From assembly GCA_010093995.1 (NCBI GenBank), contig ML992512.1, forward strand, positions 186,001 to 250,000: 64,000 nt of DNA. The letters are read 5' to 3'. Every line of letters begins with the position of its first letter. Position 1 is the first letter of the stretch. This stretch comes from Elsinoe ampelina. Its lineage: Eukaryota. The notes under the pieces were generated by a model. The model searched no databases, had not been told where the DNA came from, and was given only the letters and a program-made list of their open reading frames with translations. The position numbers and the translations under genes were made by a program. Positions 24,388 through 37,291 of the stretch are shown piece by piece.

Positions 24388-27300
24388 TCACACGCCATCT
24401 TGACCTGCGCCCGAGTTATCTCCAATGCCGCCCCCTCCTTGTGTGCCATCTCCACCCAGGCCCTCAAGGGTCCCAAGGCCATCTCCTGTCCCGAAGCCCC
24501 CAAGTCCTGCTAGCGAGGCAAAGTCGTAGGCGCTGGCGAACAAGCCAGACTCATCTCCCATCGCGTTTGGCGGGTCTACGTTGAAAGGCATAAACCATGA
24601 CAGAGAGCTCGCCTCGTTCCAATGCCCATCGTTCATGCCTCTGCCATTGCCCATGCCGTTGTTGGCGTTGTTCAGTCCAGATGCTCCAGCTGCGGTCGAC
24701 ATTGTATTCTGCCCGTTGCCTGGAGGGAAGCCGAAATTGGCCGCGTTGAGGTCAATTTCAGCTGGGAAGTCCAGACCATCGATCTCGTGAAGGGGGTTGC
24801 CAGGAGTGTTGCCCGACGAGCCATCCAATCCCGCATAGCTTGACAAAACCATCTGTCGATCCAGATGTGACATGAGGCCTGGATGATGGAGTTGTTGGAA
24901 AGGTTGATTTTGCTGTGCCTGCAATATGGCCATTTCGTCAGACATGGCCGTAGCGGAGAACGGATTCGCGCTGTTCGGACCTTGCCCATTCGGTGAGAAT
25001 GCCGGAAAGCTTTGCGGGTTGTTTTGGAACATGCTGGTATCGACGCCTTGCATATGCTGCAAGTGTTGAACTTGGGCACCAATCTGAGGGATCTGTTGTG
25101 AAGATTGCTGCACCTGTTGTGATCCTGATTGAGCAGACTGTGCGCTCGACTTATCAGTGACATTGCTGCCCTGCGTAGCTGATTTGGACTGCTTCTTCTT
25201 GGACACCTTCCGTGATTGTGCGGCTCTGCTTTGCGGCGACATCTTCGCAAAGAAGTCCTCAACGCTCTGCAAATCTGGCTTTTGTCCGAAAAGGGCATCG
25301 GCGCCAGGCTCCTTCTTGACCTCGTTGCCGGCCTCCTCGTAGTCCGTGCCAGTGACACCGTGTGGGTATCGATCGAACCAATCGCCGTATTGGAAGATGG
25401 CCTCGTGAGGTTTCCCGCCAGCAGGGGTCGCTGTACCCTGTTGTGCGCGTATTCCTGCATCCACCTGTCTTCGGTAAAGGTCCTTGAGATGCTCGGTGAC
25501 AAAGTAGAACATGCCCCAGTACTTCTTCATCTTGCTAAGATACTTCACATTCCATGCCAAATATTGTTTCGAAGACGCTTCGATGGCAGGATTTTTGGAC
25601 GACAGTCCTGAGATGTGAACAGTACTGGACAAGAAAGCGCTGTACCCTGCAAAAGGTGCGACGACTCGATGATCATGAGCTTCGTTGACCATTGTCGATA
25701 TCTGTCCAGCAGCTTCCAGCGCCGTGCGAGCACACTCGTTGATGAACTCGTTGGGCATCTCTTTCGTGAATGGTGGTCTTGTGCCGGATATTGGTAGTGC
25801 AAACCTGTTCATGAAGAGCTTTACCTGGTTGATGGTGATATGCAAGAAGATGAACTGGTTGGCAATCTTCTCACTGGCATGAGCTTGCAAATTGTCCTCG
25901 TTCCAATGCAAAGACTCGGGCATAGATGAACAGTAGTCGTCCGTGAGCTTTTTCAACCTTGCAAAGCCAGATTTCTCTGACCACATGGATTTCGGGTCTT
26001 TCTCGCGACCTCCGAGATTGACGTAGCGAACGACTTGGCCCCAGATGGACACGATGCGGATCATGTAAGCCGCAACACCCATGTTCTGCTGTGGATTGGC
26101 GATTTGTCCACTGTCTGGCTCGATGGTTCTGGGGGCGTCTCCTTCAAGACATTCTGTTGTACCAGTGATCTCCATTTGGAAGTAGTGTTCCTTGATTGGT
26201 AATTGTAGCTCGATATACGACTCAGCCACGAACATAGGTCGATCCGTGCCAGAAGAGTTGAACCGGTCCATCATAAAGCAGGCCCACATGGTCCGCCGCC
26301 GTATTTCTCGATCGGTAAAAGTGAGTTCGTTCTTCTCATCATTCGGTTTCGGCCCCGCGCCGATCTCGAGGTCCTTGTGAAGTTGCAGGGCATATGCCAT
26401 ACGCTGGGCCATACCTCCAAGCATCCAACTGCGACCTCCTTGACAAGTGCCGAACTCGTGCAGACCAAGAAGAAGATAGCAGATCAAAATGGTGATATTT
26501 GGTGTGTCGTACCGCTTGAGGGCAATCTCTCGCGCAGGTCTTGCCCACTTCTCGCCACGAAGAAAAGCGGGGTCCGTCCGTACATCGGGATGCTCTGAGA
26601 ATCGAGCGGATATGGCGCACACGGACAGGATGAGCACTGGTGGTAGCTGACCTGCTTCGAGCTTCCTCATGTAGCTTGGCTTATGCAGAAGATGATAGCT
26701 CTGACCATACACGTAGTCGAAAAAGACCTCGGCCAGGTGCTGTTGTAACTCCGAGGATGGAAGATGCTCGGTACCTTCGGTCATAAGATCGTCTCGAGGT
26801 TCATCACCTTTTATTTGGGAATGCATGTTCTTGTTCGGACGAGTCCGAGCCCAGCTGTCCAAGTCCTCTCCAAAAGCCTCATCGGCGACCCGCTTCTTGT
26901 TGTCTGTTTTGGGCGGCAGTCCAGGTATAGCCGGCTTTACGACTGCGCGGCCTATGACATCGATGTTCCTTTGCTCATCCTTGGGCATGATCTTGATGAC
27001 CCGTTCTTCCATCCTTTTCAGTCGCTTGTCCAGCATAGCCATGTAATCTGTTCGCGGAGCTGCTTTTCTTGTTGTCACCTTGTAGACGCAAGGTATGCGC
27101 GATCTCAAGCAATGCTTGCAGGCCGGCTTTTCTCCCGAACATCGAATCTTCTTCCTTCGACACGCAATACATGCCAGTGGTAATCGCTTGCGATCTTTGC
27201 CCGCTTTTGTCTTCAGCTCTGCCCACGCCGGTGTGAGGTCGCCCGGGTCCTGATCCTTATTCTTGTCCTTGTCTTTATCCTTGCCTTTGGATTTTGCATC

Positions 27301-27744
27301 TCCGGTATTGGAAGATTTCGTCGTGGCGTTCTTACCTTTCCCTCCACTTGCAGCACTTGCTGGACCTGGCACGCCGGCCATACTCGTGGGACTGGTGTGA
27401 TCCGAGCCATCTAGACTCGGTGGCTGCAGTTGCTGTAGGAATGGTGTGGAACTACTGAAGCTCATCCTGTGAGCGTCGGAGGCTGCGGGGGATGCGCCAT
27501 CGGACATGCCAGAGATGGATGCTCGTCCGTTGAAATTGAAAGGTTGATTGCTCATCGCTGGATTCATCATGTTGTTCGGATCGAGAGGCGCTTGGAACTG
27601 CGAAAAGGCATTGTGGTGCGCCTGACTGTCTAGATTCGAGTACTGGTGCGGCGCATTCTGCATGGCACCAGGATTGCCCACGAGCGGCGAGCTTGTAATC
27701 GAGTTTGGAGATAGTGCTGTGTTCGCGTGGCCCACACTGTCCAT
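24388..27744 (-). CDS. Zn(II)2Cys6 transcription factor with fungal-specific TF domain (Prf-like, tentative)
   Basis: KRLPLACIACRRKKIRCSGEKPACKHCLRSRIPCVY; middle homology region RMAYALQLH...EIRRRTMWACFMMDR; 1118 aa intronless ORF. Confidence 0.95.
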   Translation of the reverse strand: MDSVGHANTALSPNSITSSPLVGNPGAMQNAPHQYSNLDSQAHHNAFSQFQAPLDPNNMMNPAMSNQPFNFNGRASISGMSDGASPAASDAHRMSFSSSTPFLQQLQPPSLDGSDHTSPTSMAGVPGPASAASGGKGKNATTKSSNTGDAKSKGKDKDKDKNKDQDPGDLTPAWAELKTKAGKDRKRLPLACIACRRKKIRCSGEKPACKHCLRSRIPCVYKVTTRKAAPRTDYMAMLDKRLKRMEERVIKIMPKDEQRNIDVIGRAVVKPAIPGLPPKTDNKKRVADEAFGEDLDSWARTRPNKNMHSQIKGDEPRDDLMTEGTEHLPSSELQQHLAEVFFDYVYGQSYHLLHKPSYMRKLEAGQLPPVLILSVCAISARFSEHPDVRTDPAFLRGEKWARPAREIALKRYDTPNITILICYLLLGLHEFGTCQGGRSWMLGGMAQRMAYALQLHKDLEIGAGPKPNDEKNELTFTDREIRRRTMWACFMMDRFNSSGTDRPMFVAESYIELQLPIKEHYFQMEITGTTECLEGDAPRTIEPDSGQIANPQQNMGVAAYMIRIVSIWGQVVRYVNLGGREKDPKSMWSEKSGFARLKKLTDDYCSSMPESLHWNEDNLQAHASEKIANQFIFLHITINQVKLFMNRFALPISGTRPPFTKEMPNEFINECARTALEAAGQISTMVNEAHDHRVVAPFAGYSAFLSSTVHISGLSSKNPAIEASSKQYLAWNVKYLSKMKKYWGMFYFVTEHLKDLYRRQVDAGIRAQQGTATPAGGKPHEAIFQYGDWFDRYPHGVTGTDYEEAGNEVKKEPGADALFGQKPDLQSVEDFFAKMSPQSRAAQSRKVSKKKQSKSATQGSNVTDKSSAQSAQSGSQQVQQSSQQIPQIGAQVQHLQHMQGVDTSMFQNNPQSFPAFSPNGQGPNSANPFSATAMSDEMAILQAQQNQPFQQLHHPGLMSHLDRQMVLSSYAGLDGSSGNTPGNPLHEIDGLDFPAEIDLNAANFGFPPGNGQNTMSTAAGASGLNNANNGMGNGRGMNDGHWNEASSLSWFMPFNVDPPNAMGDESGLFASAYDFASLAGLGGFGTGDGLGTLEGLGGDGTQGGGGIGDNSGAGQDGV

Positions 27745-29094
27745 AATCTTCCGTCTCTTGTCGTGCGGGTGGTATTGCGCGGTCGTCCGGCCGCCCGGTA
27801 ATCAAGCCTATCCCATTGGCTGACTCGATCCAGCTGGCGACGAGTTGTGGTATCCGGAGACGGGGGTGACTTGCTCAACAGGCGAGGAGAGTGAGGGGGA
27901 AGTCGTAACCTCTGGCAGAGCTCCTCTTGATCAAGGCCAGAGCTACGTCAGGATCAAGTGTGAAGGTGGGTGAAGGCGTTCTGGGGTCTTCTGGGTTGGA
28001 GGAGCAGGTCCACTACTGTTCGTTCACTACTGGCTCACTTGTGCAAAGCAGGCGGGAGCTATGAGTGGATCCGCTACAAAAACGTAGAACTTCAAAATTG
28101 GCCGTTTGTGCACGAGCCGGGATCCCCCAGAGATGCACAACGTTCCGCTTTGTGGAGATTTCACAGCGCCGTGAAGTCTCTGAGGAGGGGTGGCTTATCA
28201 ATCCTCCGTTTTTCTCAGGTGCAGATTACGCAGGTCCCATCCAGCGCAAGATGAGTGTGACCACTGCGGGCGGTCTCGGACATAGGGCAGCATCTGGGCC
28301 TGCGTCGAGAGCCACTAGCAACGAGGTTTGGGGTAAGGTAAATGGTGACCCTGCGGCGTCATCGCTTGCATTCCAACGGATGCTTTCACCGGGGAAAAGC
28401 TGCGCCAACGCCTCGGGGCGAGGTTAAAGACTGGCGGGACAGCCATGTCGCCAAGCACCTTGACAAGATCAAGGAATACGACTTGTACTCTCCTTCATGG
28501 ATCAGTCACGCTTGGTAGTTTCGGAGGCGGTCTTGAGCGCTGTTCTTGTTAGACCTCGTCATGAGCAACATCGACGACCATGATCGAACAATGATCAGTA
28601 GCAATACCGATAGCTCTGCGACTGCTACTGAAATGATTGATCGTCTCTCGAGACATTGTTTTACGAATCACTGGCTGCCCAGGGATATGATCAGCGACCT
28701 GGCTGGAGTGTTGGACGAGTTTGGAGAGTGATGTATCGATCGGCGGGGGGATTTTCTCCGAAGATCCACCTGCGAAGCTTAGCAATGCGGTGCTGCCGCT
28801 TTGCGGCTCTACGACATCACGTCCTCGAGTGGTCGAACGACTTCTCCGTGGCAGGCCTTGCACAGGACCGTCATGCCAGATATTTGACACACGAGTATAG
28901 ACCTGCAGATTGAAGGACTTGTCAAGTTGTGGTCTTAAACCACAGTATACTGTACGAACCCTGCTGATCCGGTGAACCCTCCACTCTCTTGATTCACGAC
29001 AGAGTCAACGCAGTTAGACATAAATTGTGGCATCACGAAACCGGGGCCATAGCTGTTGCATTCCTACAGTCGCGAATCAATACGACCATTTGCC

Positions 29095-30133
29095 ATGGTT
29101 TCATCTGGCTCGAGTCTGCGCAACGGACTCGAGTATGCTGCTATCCTTGCAGTTCTAGCAATCTTCTTCGGTGGCGTGAGCCTGCCGAAGCGAGCAAAGA
29201 ACGAAGTCAAAGAAGACATTGTATCAAGACCATCTGTGGACAGGACACAGTCTCTCGTGTTTCCAGATCGCAACCTGGACTGCCCCCAACATGATCTCGA
29301 CATTCACATCTTCTCAGTCGCCCCCCTGATCATCCACATATCAAACTTCTTGACACCCCAAGAAGCCGACCACCTCATCGACATGTCGTAAGTCTACGAC
29401 AGCACGATTCTAACCATTCCCTCAACCACGTCGCATCACAGACCCGCTGACATCACCCAGCAACGAGCTATGGCAACCCAGTACCATCTTCAACGCCGGC
29501 CAAGAAGTCTCCGACGACAAAGTCCGCAAATCAGAAAAAGGTAACCCTCCCCTCAATCCCGCCCCTCCTCCACCTACTTCCCGCCTTCCTTTACCTCCTA
29601 TAGTCCCTCCCCGTCTAACATTCCCCCCAGCCAAAATCCCCCGCGACCCCGTAGTCCAATGCATCGAATCCCGCGCCCTCGCCTTCCAAGGCTGGCCCTC
29701 ATCCACCTTCATCGAACGCCTCTGGACCCAACGCTACACGGCTCCCGACGGCCACTACGCGCACCACTACGACTGGGCGTCTGCCAACCCCGACGCGCGA
29801 CGGAGCAGTACCTTCATGGTGTACCTCTTCTCCAACGGGACGGGGGGGACGACGCAGTTCCCGATGTTGCAGCGGCCGGGGGATGAGCGGTGGTGTGAGT
29901 TTGTGGATTGTAAGGCGCAGGAGGGCGTGGAGTTTAGGCCGGTGCCGAGGTCGGCGGTGTATTGGGAGAATTTTGACTCCGAGGGGAGGGGGTGGAGGGA
30001 GGGGTTGCATGCGGGTATGCCGGTTACGAGTGGGGTGAAGATTGGGTTGAATATTTGGAGTTGGTATCAGAAGGGCTTGACGCCGGAGCAATTGGCGGCG
30101 AACGCGCCTGCGGCTGAGAGTGTAGCGGCGTAA
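29095..30133 (+). CDS. Prolyl 4-hydroxylase-like 2OG-Fe(II) oxygenase with N-terminal membrane anchor
   Basis: PLIIHISNFLTPQEADHL; HYD...TFMVYL...GGTTQFP...LHAGMPVTSGVKIGLNIW; introns 29388-29460 and 29541-29630. Confidence 0.9.
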
Positions 30134-30268
30134 TGTGTGAAAGGGACGAGAGGAATGTGTAAGGCAAGTTGGGGAAGTGGCAGTTGTAGTGTACAAATAT
30201 ATAGTCTGTGAATAACGCTATGCACAGCTCAACACTAATATATACATCCTAGATCTCGCTGCAGGTCG

Positions 30269-32045
30269 CTAAACGAGCACATACAGTGCACATATCATGC
30301 TCAAACCTAGCACCATGCTGCACCAGAAAAGCACATTATTTAGCAATTTCCTCCGCCTAATGAATGGCAATCGCTGGAAGAGCACAATCGGCATCTGCAT
30401 CATCATTGCCACGAAGCCATATCCGCGGAACTTGCGTGTGATACAGCCCATGACCAGCTCATGGGCTAGAGAGGAGATGAGGAATGTAATGAAGGTCGCC
30501 ACTGGTCGAGACATGGTCGTTCGCGAAGCGCTGTAGACATGGCGACGGAAGAAGTTGTGCACGGGGATGTTCCACTCTCTGTCTTGAGTCAGCTTCATAC
30601 AGTTCATGACATAGGAACACTTGACAAACCTGCTGAATTCGAGCCAGTCAAGAGAATTCCACCAGTCCGAGTAGAATTGGCGATCAGCGAATCCTGAGTC
30701 GACGTTAGCATACTGTCATATAAACAAGTAGCATTATCAATCTCACTCGTAATTTCTGCAAAGGCGCCGCAAAGGTACTCGAAGATGACCAGAAAGACCA
30801 GCAGGAAGATCAGCATGAAGGGCCAGAGAAGACGACTGACCGTCTCGGCGAAGATGAGTGCTCCATCTTGCCAGTTTTGTTGCTTCTGCAATCTAATAGC
30901 GGATTCGTCCAAAGTAGGGATGATGAATTCGTCGCTAATTACTGTCAAGAGAAAGACACAGCCAAACACTGCCAGCGTCTTGTAGAAGATCTCCATGTAA
31001 GACCGTTTCGCAGTACGAGGATACTCAATTTCGTAGCAAAGCGTCGGGCAACAAAGATAGTCGATATAATTGTAGAGTGTCAAATTCTGTGGATACGTGA
31101 CACCCCCTAGCGGAGAGACCAGCTCTTCCGCGAGTTCTTGTCGGAGTTGACCGACCGAGCTTCGCCTGGCAGTTTCTCTCTCTTCTTCTTGCTGGACCAT
31201 CTCATTAAGATGAGTGTGTGAAGACGGGTACTTGACCGCTGGGTTCTTGTCTGTAGATGGAGAAGGTTCGTCCAGCTCTCGTAGACGCCTCTCCGTCACG
31301 GACAAGTGACCATTGTAGAATGCATACGAGTGCATCTTCATAAACAGCGCCAGCAGATGTAGCGTGAAGAAGACCTGCGCCGTCCAAGTCCAGTTCCGTA
31401 CAAATGGCCATCCCGTCCAGAAGACCAACCACAGCAATTGACCAACAGACTGTATCCACATCCCTGACCGATCCCATTGAAGGAACTTCGGACCATTTTT
31501 GTAGATCAGGTGAAACGGAAGCGATAGAGCCGTGGTCGAAGCCATGATCAAGTCACTGATCCCCATCTCCCAGATATTCTGAGTAAACGTAGCTCGCTGG
31601 CGCATGCTCAAGGGGTATCCAAATTCTCTTATGTTACGCAGAGCTGTTGTGATGACCATGATAGCTAGACCGATCCAGAACAAGACGAAGAAGCCACGAA
31701 AGTCTGTGTAATCCGACTGTGGATCAAAATGGGAGACTCGAGGCTCATAGTCGATTGTAGGGAATAGCCTCTTTCGTTGCTCTGCTCTGCGCTCCTTACG
31801 CGCTGACGAGGTCGCTACCACTGACGGCGGAGCATCAGCTGGTATTGGTGTGCTAGTCCCACTGTCCAAAGGTCAGTCGCTTTACCTACAAGTCGATTTC
31901 TGAGGGCTTGCCTGGAGATACCAGATGAAGCTATACCACTTGGTAGCGATGACTTCAGCACCGCATCCTCTTGGAAAGTTCTCGTGACTGGGTTCGCCGG
32001 TTTCCGCTCCCTGAGGTTATGAGATTTGCCATTCATGGTTGCCAT
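30269..32045 (-). CDS. ARE: Sterol O-acyltransferase (MBOAT)
   Basis: MKMHSYAFYNG, PTLCYEIEYPR, AEITRFADRQFYSDWWN, WNIPVHNFFRRHVY and SSLAHE; three introns, the first GC-AG (31862-31911). Confidence 0.95.
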
Positions 32046-32583
32046 TTTTCTGTCGTTGGCTAGGCTGTTGTGTTCTGTGTAGCCTTATTACAAACCGAAT
32101 ACGCCTGTCTGAACATTTACAACTCCATCGAGAACCCCGGTAGATTTATGACGCGGCTGCGCGAAGAGTCAATCAAAGAAGTGGACACGTATGACGAGCG
32201 AAGAAATCCATAAGCTCAATGCCCGACCTATGTGCTGGTGGTATAGCCTCTGCCTTGCGACAAAATGTGGTCAGCTTCAATGACCATTTCCTTGGAATGA
32301 CGCACTGGCTTCAAGGTTGCTCGGCTACGGACGGGTCGGTGGCTGGCTCCGCCGACATCCGCATAGGCATTCGATCTTATCTAATCTCAAGATCTGCACC
32401 ATGCCCTATTCGGAGCCTCACTCTAGAATTGCGGGAGCTCACAATAGCCCGCAACGAACATCTCGCCGGCAGCAGGCGAAACATTGCATGGACAATAGCG
32501 ATTAATGATGATGATCTCACGACTTCGAACACCACTACGGCCTTGATCAGAGACTTTGATTCGCCCACGGGGCACCATCAGCC

Positions 32584-35316
32584 ATGAGCTCGCGTACGGC
32601 ATTGACACCTGACATCAGCCATAGGTATACTAACTCGAATCAGTCAAGCAATTCATCCGCAATGTTCGCGCGACAAAAACAATTGCAGACGAGCGAGCGG
32701 TGGTACAGAAAGAGAGTGCGGCTATAAGGGCGAGCTTCAGAGAAGAAAGCCACGATTCGAATGTCAGGTAGGGACGCTGCCATTGTTCCAGCGGGCAGGG
32801 GATTGATATACACACAGGCGCAACAATGTCGCCAAACTCCTCTATCTCTTCACACTCGGCGAGCGAACGCATTTCGGACAGATCGAATGTCTAAAGCTTC
32901 TGGCATCTCCGCGCTTTGCGGACAAGCGGTTGGGATACCTGGGTACGATGCTACTCCTGGATGAGAACCAGGAAGTTCTCACCCTGGTCACCAATTCGCT
33001 CAAGAAGTTGGTACCATCAAAAAGGTGTTGGAGACTACCACTGACTGTCCCAGTGATCTCAACCATTCTAACCAGTACGTGGTTGGACTTGCCCTCTGCA
33101 CGCTGGGAAACATTGCCTCGATCGAGATGTCCCGTGACCTATTTCCCGAAGTCGAGACCATATTATCAAGCTCGAACCCATACATACGACGGAAAGCAGC
33201 CATCTGCGCAATGCGAATATGTCGAAAAGTACCAGATCTACAAGAGCACTTTCTGGACAAGGCGAAGCTACTGCTAGCGGACAGGAACCACGGTGTCTTG
33301 CTTTGTGGTCTCACCTTGGTCGTCAATTTGTGCGAAGCGGATGAGGAAGAAGGTGGTGAGCAAGGCGTCGTCGATATGTTCAAGCCTCTGGTTCCGGCAC
33401 TGGTCAAGATTCTGAAGGGTCTCTCCAGCTCTGGCTACGCTCCTGAGCACGACGTCACTGGCATCACCGATCCTTTCCTCCAGGTCAAAATTCTGGCTTT
33501 GCTACGAGCGCTGGCGCGAGGCGACCAGCAAATCAGCGAGCAGATCAATGACATCCTTGCTCAGGTTGCCACCAATACTGATAGCTCCAAGAATGTTGGC
33601 AACTCCATCTTATACGAAGCCGTCCTCACGATCCTCGACATTGAAGCAGACTCCGGCCTGCGCGTCCTCGGTGTCAACATCCTGGGCAAATTTCTGACCA
33701 ACAAGGACAACAATATAAGATACGTTGCTCTGAATACCCTCAACAAAGTCGTCAGCGTGGAACCCAACGCTGTGCAACGGCACCGAAATACCATTCTGGA
33801 CTGCTTACGGGATCCTGACATCAGTATCCGGCGAAGAGCTTTGGATCTCAGTTTCACCCTGATCAATGAAGGAAATGTTCGAGTATTAATCAGAGAGCTT
33901 CTATCGTTCCTCGAAGTGGCCGACGCGGAGTTCAAGCCAATCATGACTACGCAGATTGGTATTGCAGCTGACAGGTATGCACCGAATAAGAGATGGCACG
34001 TGGACACCATGCTCCGAGTACTCAAGCTTGCTGGTAATTACGTCAAGGAGCAAATCCTTTCATCGTTTGTTCGGCTCATTGCAACAACCGCGGAGCTGCA
34101 AACATATGCGGTACAAAAGTTGTATGCGGCATTGAAGGACGATATTTCACAAGAAGCACTCAACCTTGCAGGTTCATGGGTGATTGGAGAATACGGTGAT
34201 TCACTGCTTCGAGGTGGGCAGTACGAAGAGGAAGAACTTGTTAAAGAAGTACGGGAAAGCGACGTCGTGGATTTGTTCAACAGCATACTGAACAGCAGCC
34301 ATTCTGGACAGATTGTCACAGAGTTCATCATCACAGCAGCAATGAAGCTGACCACCCGACTAAACGACGCGAGTCAGGTCGAGCGGTTACGAAGGCTGCT
34401 GGAGGTTCACCAGAACAATCTTAACATTGAGATTCAGCAGCGAGCTGTTGAGTACGGGGGATTGTTCGGGTACGACTCTGTTCGCCGAGGCGTTCTTGAA
34501 AGGATGCCTCCGCCGGAGATCAGAGAGGAGCAGCGCGTGCTAGGGGAGGCCACACCGTCGAAGAAGAAGAATGCTCGAGCCCAAACACGGAAAAAAATTG
34601 CCCCTGTCACTGAGCAGGATATGCTACTTGATCTGATGGGCGACTCCGGACCGAGCACGAATGGTACCACGAACGGCAACACACAGCACAACGCCGACCT
34701 CCTCGCCGATATACTCGGTGGCGACACCGCTACCTCTCCTGCACCTCCAGCCTCGTCACCAGTTCCTGCTCAACGAAGCAACATGTCCAGCATCATGGAC
34801 CTCTTCGACAGCAATGGCCCACCAGCAGCAGCTGCACCGCCTGCACGAGCGCCATCAGCCGCAAATGATCTGTTCGGCGGCATGGCTTCTCCTCCACCAG
34901 AGACACCTTCAGCGCCTGCAGGCGCAGTATATGCAGCGTACAACAAGAACGATCTGAACATAACTTTCAACGTCAATCGATCCGCAGCGGCAGTCCAGAT
35001 CCTTGCCAGATTCAGGAACGAAAGCATGTTCGAGAGCTTCAGCGACGTGAATCTGCAAGCCGCGGTGCCAAAAAGCCAGAAGCTGCAGCTGCAAGCTATC
35101 AGCAGTAGTGACATCGCCGAAGGAGCGGAGGCGACACAGCAGATGAGAGTGACGGCGGCGACGGGAGTAAGTCTTCCTTTCACTCAGCTCGACGGTATAG
35201 AGCTAACAAGTCCGTAGGGACCGCCTCCAAAGCTAAGATTGAGGCTGAAGATCAGCTACGCCAAAGCTGGAGGAGCACCAGTGACAGAGCAAGTAGACTG
35301 GTCTGAGCCAGCGTAA
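32584..35316 (+). CDS. APL4: AP-1 adaptor complex gamma subunit
   Basis: [32 protein letters not shown]; adaptin trunk ([16 protein letters not shown]); ear domain [13 protein letters not shown]; four introns; TAA 35314-35316. Confidence 0.96.
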
Positions 35317-35474
35317 GAAGTCTCTAGTAGGATAGAGCAGCATGCAGCATTCATGAACAGCGACGTGCTACCTCCTACGTGCATCGCTTCATTACATACA
35401 TCCATGAAACCATGTACATGCGCTTCCCAACCCCCGTCCATCCTCCTATCTACACCTTCCCCCATCCCCCACCC

Positions 35475-37291
35475 TCACCTCCCTTTAACCTCCAACCCCA
35501 ACCCCCTCGCCACCTTCCTCGCCAACGCCATCTTCAAAAACGCCTCCCTCGCCAACGCCCTCGTACTCCTCACAAACTCGGCCCCACTCACCCTCCCCGC
35601 CCCGACCGCCCGCTGCAAACACCACAACGCCTCCCTAATCGCCGCCTCTTCAGCGCAAAGATTCCACAACTGCTGCGCCGCCACCGTGGGCGCCACCAGC
35701 ACCTCGTCGATGTTAGGCTGGGGCATCTTCTTGCTGCTTTCGATGAGGGAGTTGCAGTCCCGGATGGATTGGTGGAGGATGTGTTCGTTTGTCGCGAGGG
35801 TGGCTTCGAGGTGTTGGAGTTGGGCGATTTCGGATGAGAGGGAGGCGTGCGCGGAGAGGAGGGCTTGGCGTTGGGTTGTTAGCGGGGCTAGGGCGGATTG
35901 GGATTGGGTGATGCGGGAGGTGGCGAGGGTGGTGAGGGAGGTGGAGAGGAGGGCGAGGAGGTGTTCTTTCTCTGGGTTGGGGGGGATGGGTGGGGCGGGA
36001 CCTGTTTGGAGGGGGGCGGCGAGGGAGATGTCGAAGGGGTCCGTGAGGAGATCGGGGGCTGGGGCTGGGGCTGATGGTTTTGGTTGTTGTGGAGGAGGGA
36101 TTGCTTGTTGCTGGGAAGGGTATCTTTGGTGCTGTTGTGGATGTTGTTGGAACTGCTGAGGCGGAGGTGCGGACCTAGGTATTGAGCCTTGCCGCTGATG
36201 TTGATACTGTGATTGCTGAAAGATCTGCTGTGGAGGGGGGCCTTGCTGGGGCGGGCCTTGATACTGTAGCCCTATAGCAGGTCGTCCCTGTCCTTGTGGT
36301 TGAGGCGCCGGCCGATCATATCGACCTGCAGGCAGTTCTGCCCGGTGTATTGGCGACACTGGTGAGATAGGACTGGGGGATCCATTGCTCCCCATGGCCA
36401 AAGGCTGCGCCGGGGAGAAAGGTGGGGCATGCTGCTTGACCGGCAATGGAGGTGGTCTATTGGTGTTGATGCGAGGCTGCGGCGTCGAGTTGCCATTGCT
36501 ATAATTCGACGACCCTGAGCGTTGATGAAGTGCTTCGCGAGGGAGAGGGGGCAGAGGTGGTCCATCCCCATCATAGCTCCGAGAGTTTGTTGGCTGGCTC
36601 GTTGATGGCTCACTCCGGCCGGGTTTTGAGGGCAAGGGTGGTGGACCGAGACCACTCACGTGTTCGTTCTCTGTAGACCTCGAAGCATCCATTGATTGTC
36701 GTTTGGGTGGTACCGCCGGTGTACCAGAGGACTGCGGAGGCTGTCCTTGTCTGGGTTGTGCTACTGCCACGATTGGGGGCTCTTTCGCGAAAACACCTTG
36801 AAGGATCTGAAGAAATTCGACAATGGAAGATCTCTGAATGGCTTGTCAGCCAATCTTTACCTTGAATGACTGTCTCTACAGCGCCGACTTACTGATCGTA
36901 AGCCCCAGTCTCTCAGATATGGATGATATATTCGACCGTCCACCGCGATGTGCTGGCCCGGTCTGACCATCATTCCCGAGGCACTTTCTCTACCAGCGCT
37001 CGGCCGCACATAGCTTATGATGCCAACACCAGGCTGTCCATACTCTTGCGGTATCCAAAGCTCTACAGGATATCTGTATTGTCTACCACGAAAGTCGACC
37101 GGTATCGTTCCCGAGAGACATACAAGTAATGCCGGTTTTCCACTCTTGAAGTGATATGTGTCTGTCCTTGGCTGTAAAGACGGGTGACTGGCCAGTGTGG
37201 CAGCTATGTCGTTGTACGCTACCCGAGCCTGGGCATACTGCTGTAGTTGCTCCCATAGCCATACTAGTGTGCTATTGGGGACTTGAGCCAT
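35475..37291 (-). CDS. VPS23: ESCRT-I subunit Vps23/Tsg101
   Basis: UEV domain (GTIPVDFRGRQYRYPVELWIP, GRIYHPYL), Pro-rich linker, coiled coil and SB box (FVRSTRALAREAF); intron 36834-36892. Confidence 0.93.

Noticed and set aside
28561..28731. 56-codon ATG ORF between the Zn2Cys6 and P4H genes
   Set aside because: No motif, splice or composition support; its length is compatible with chance.
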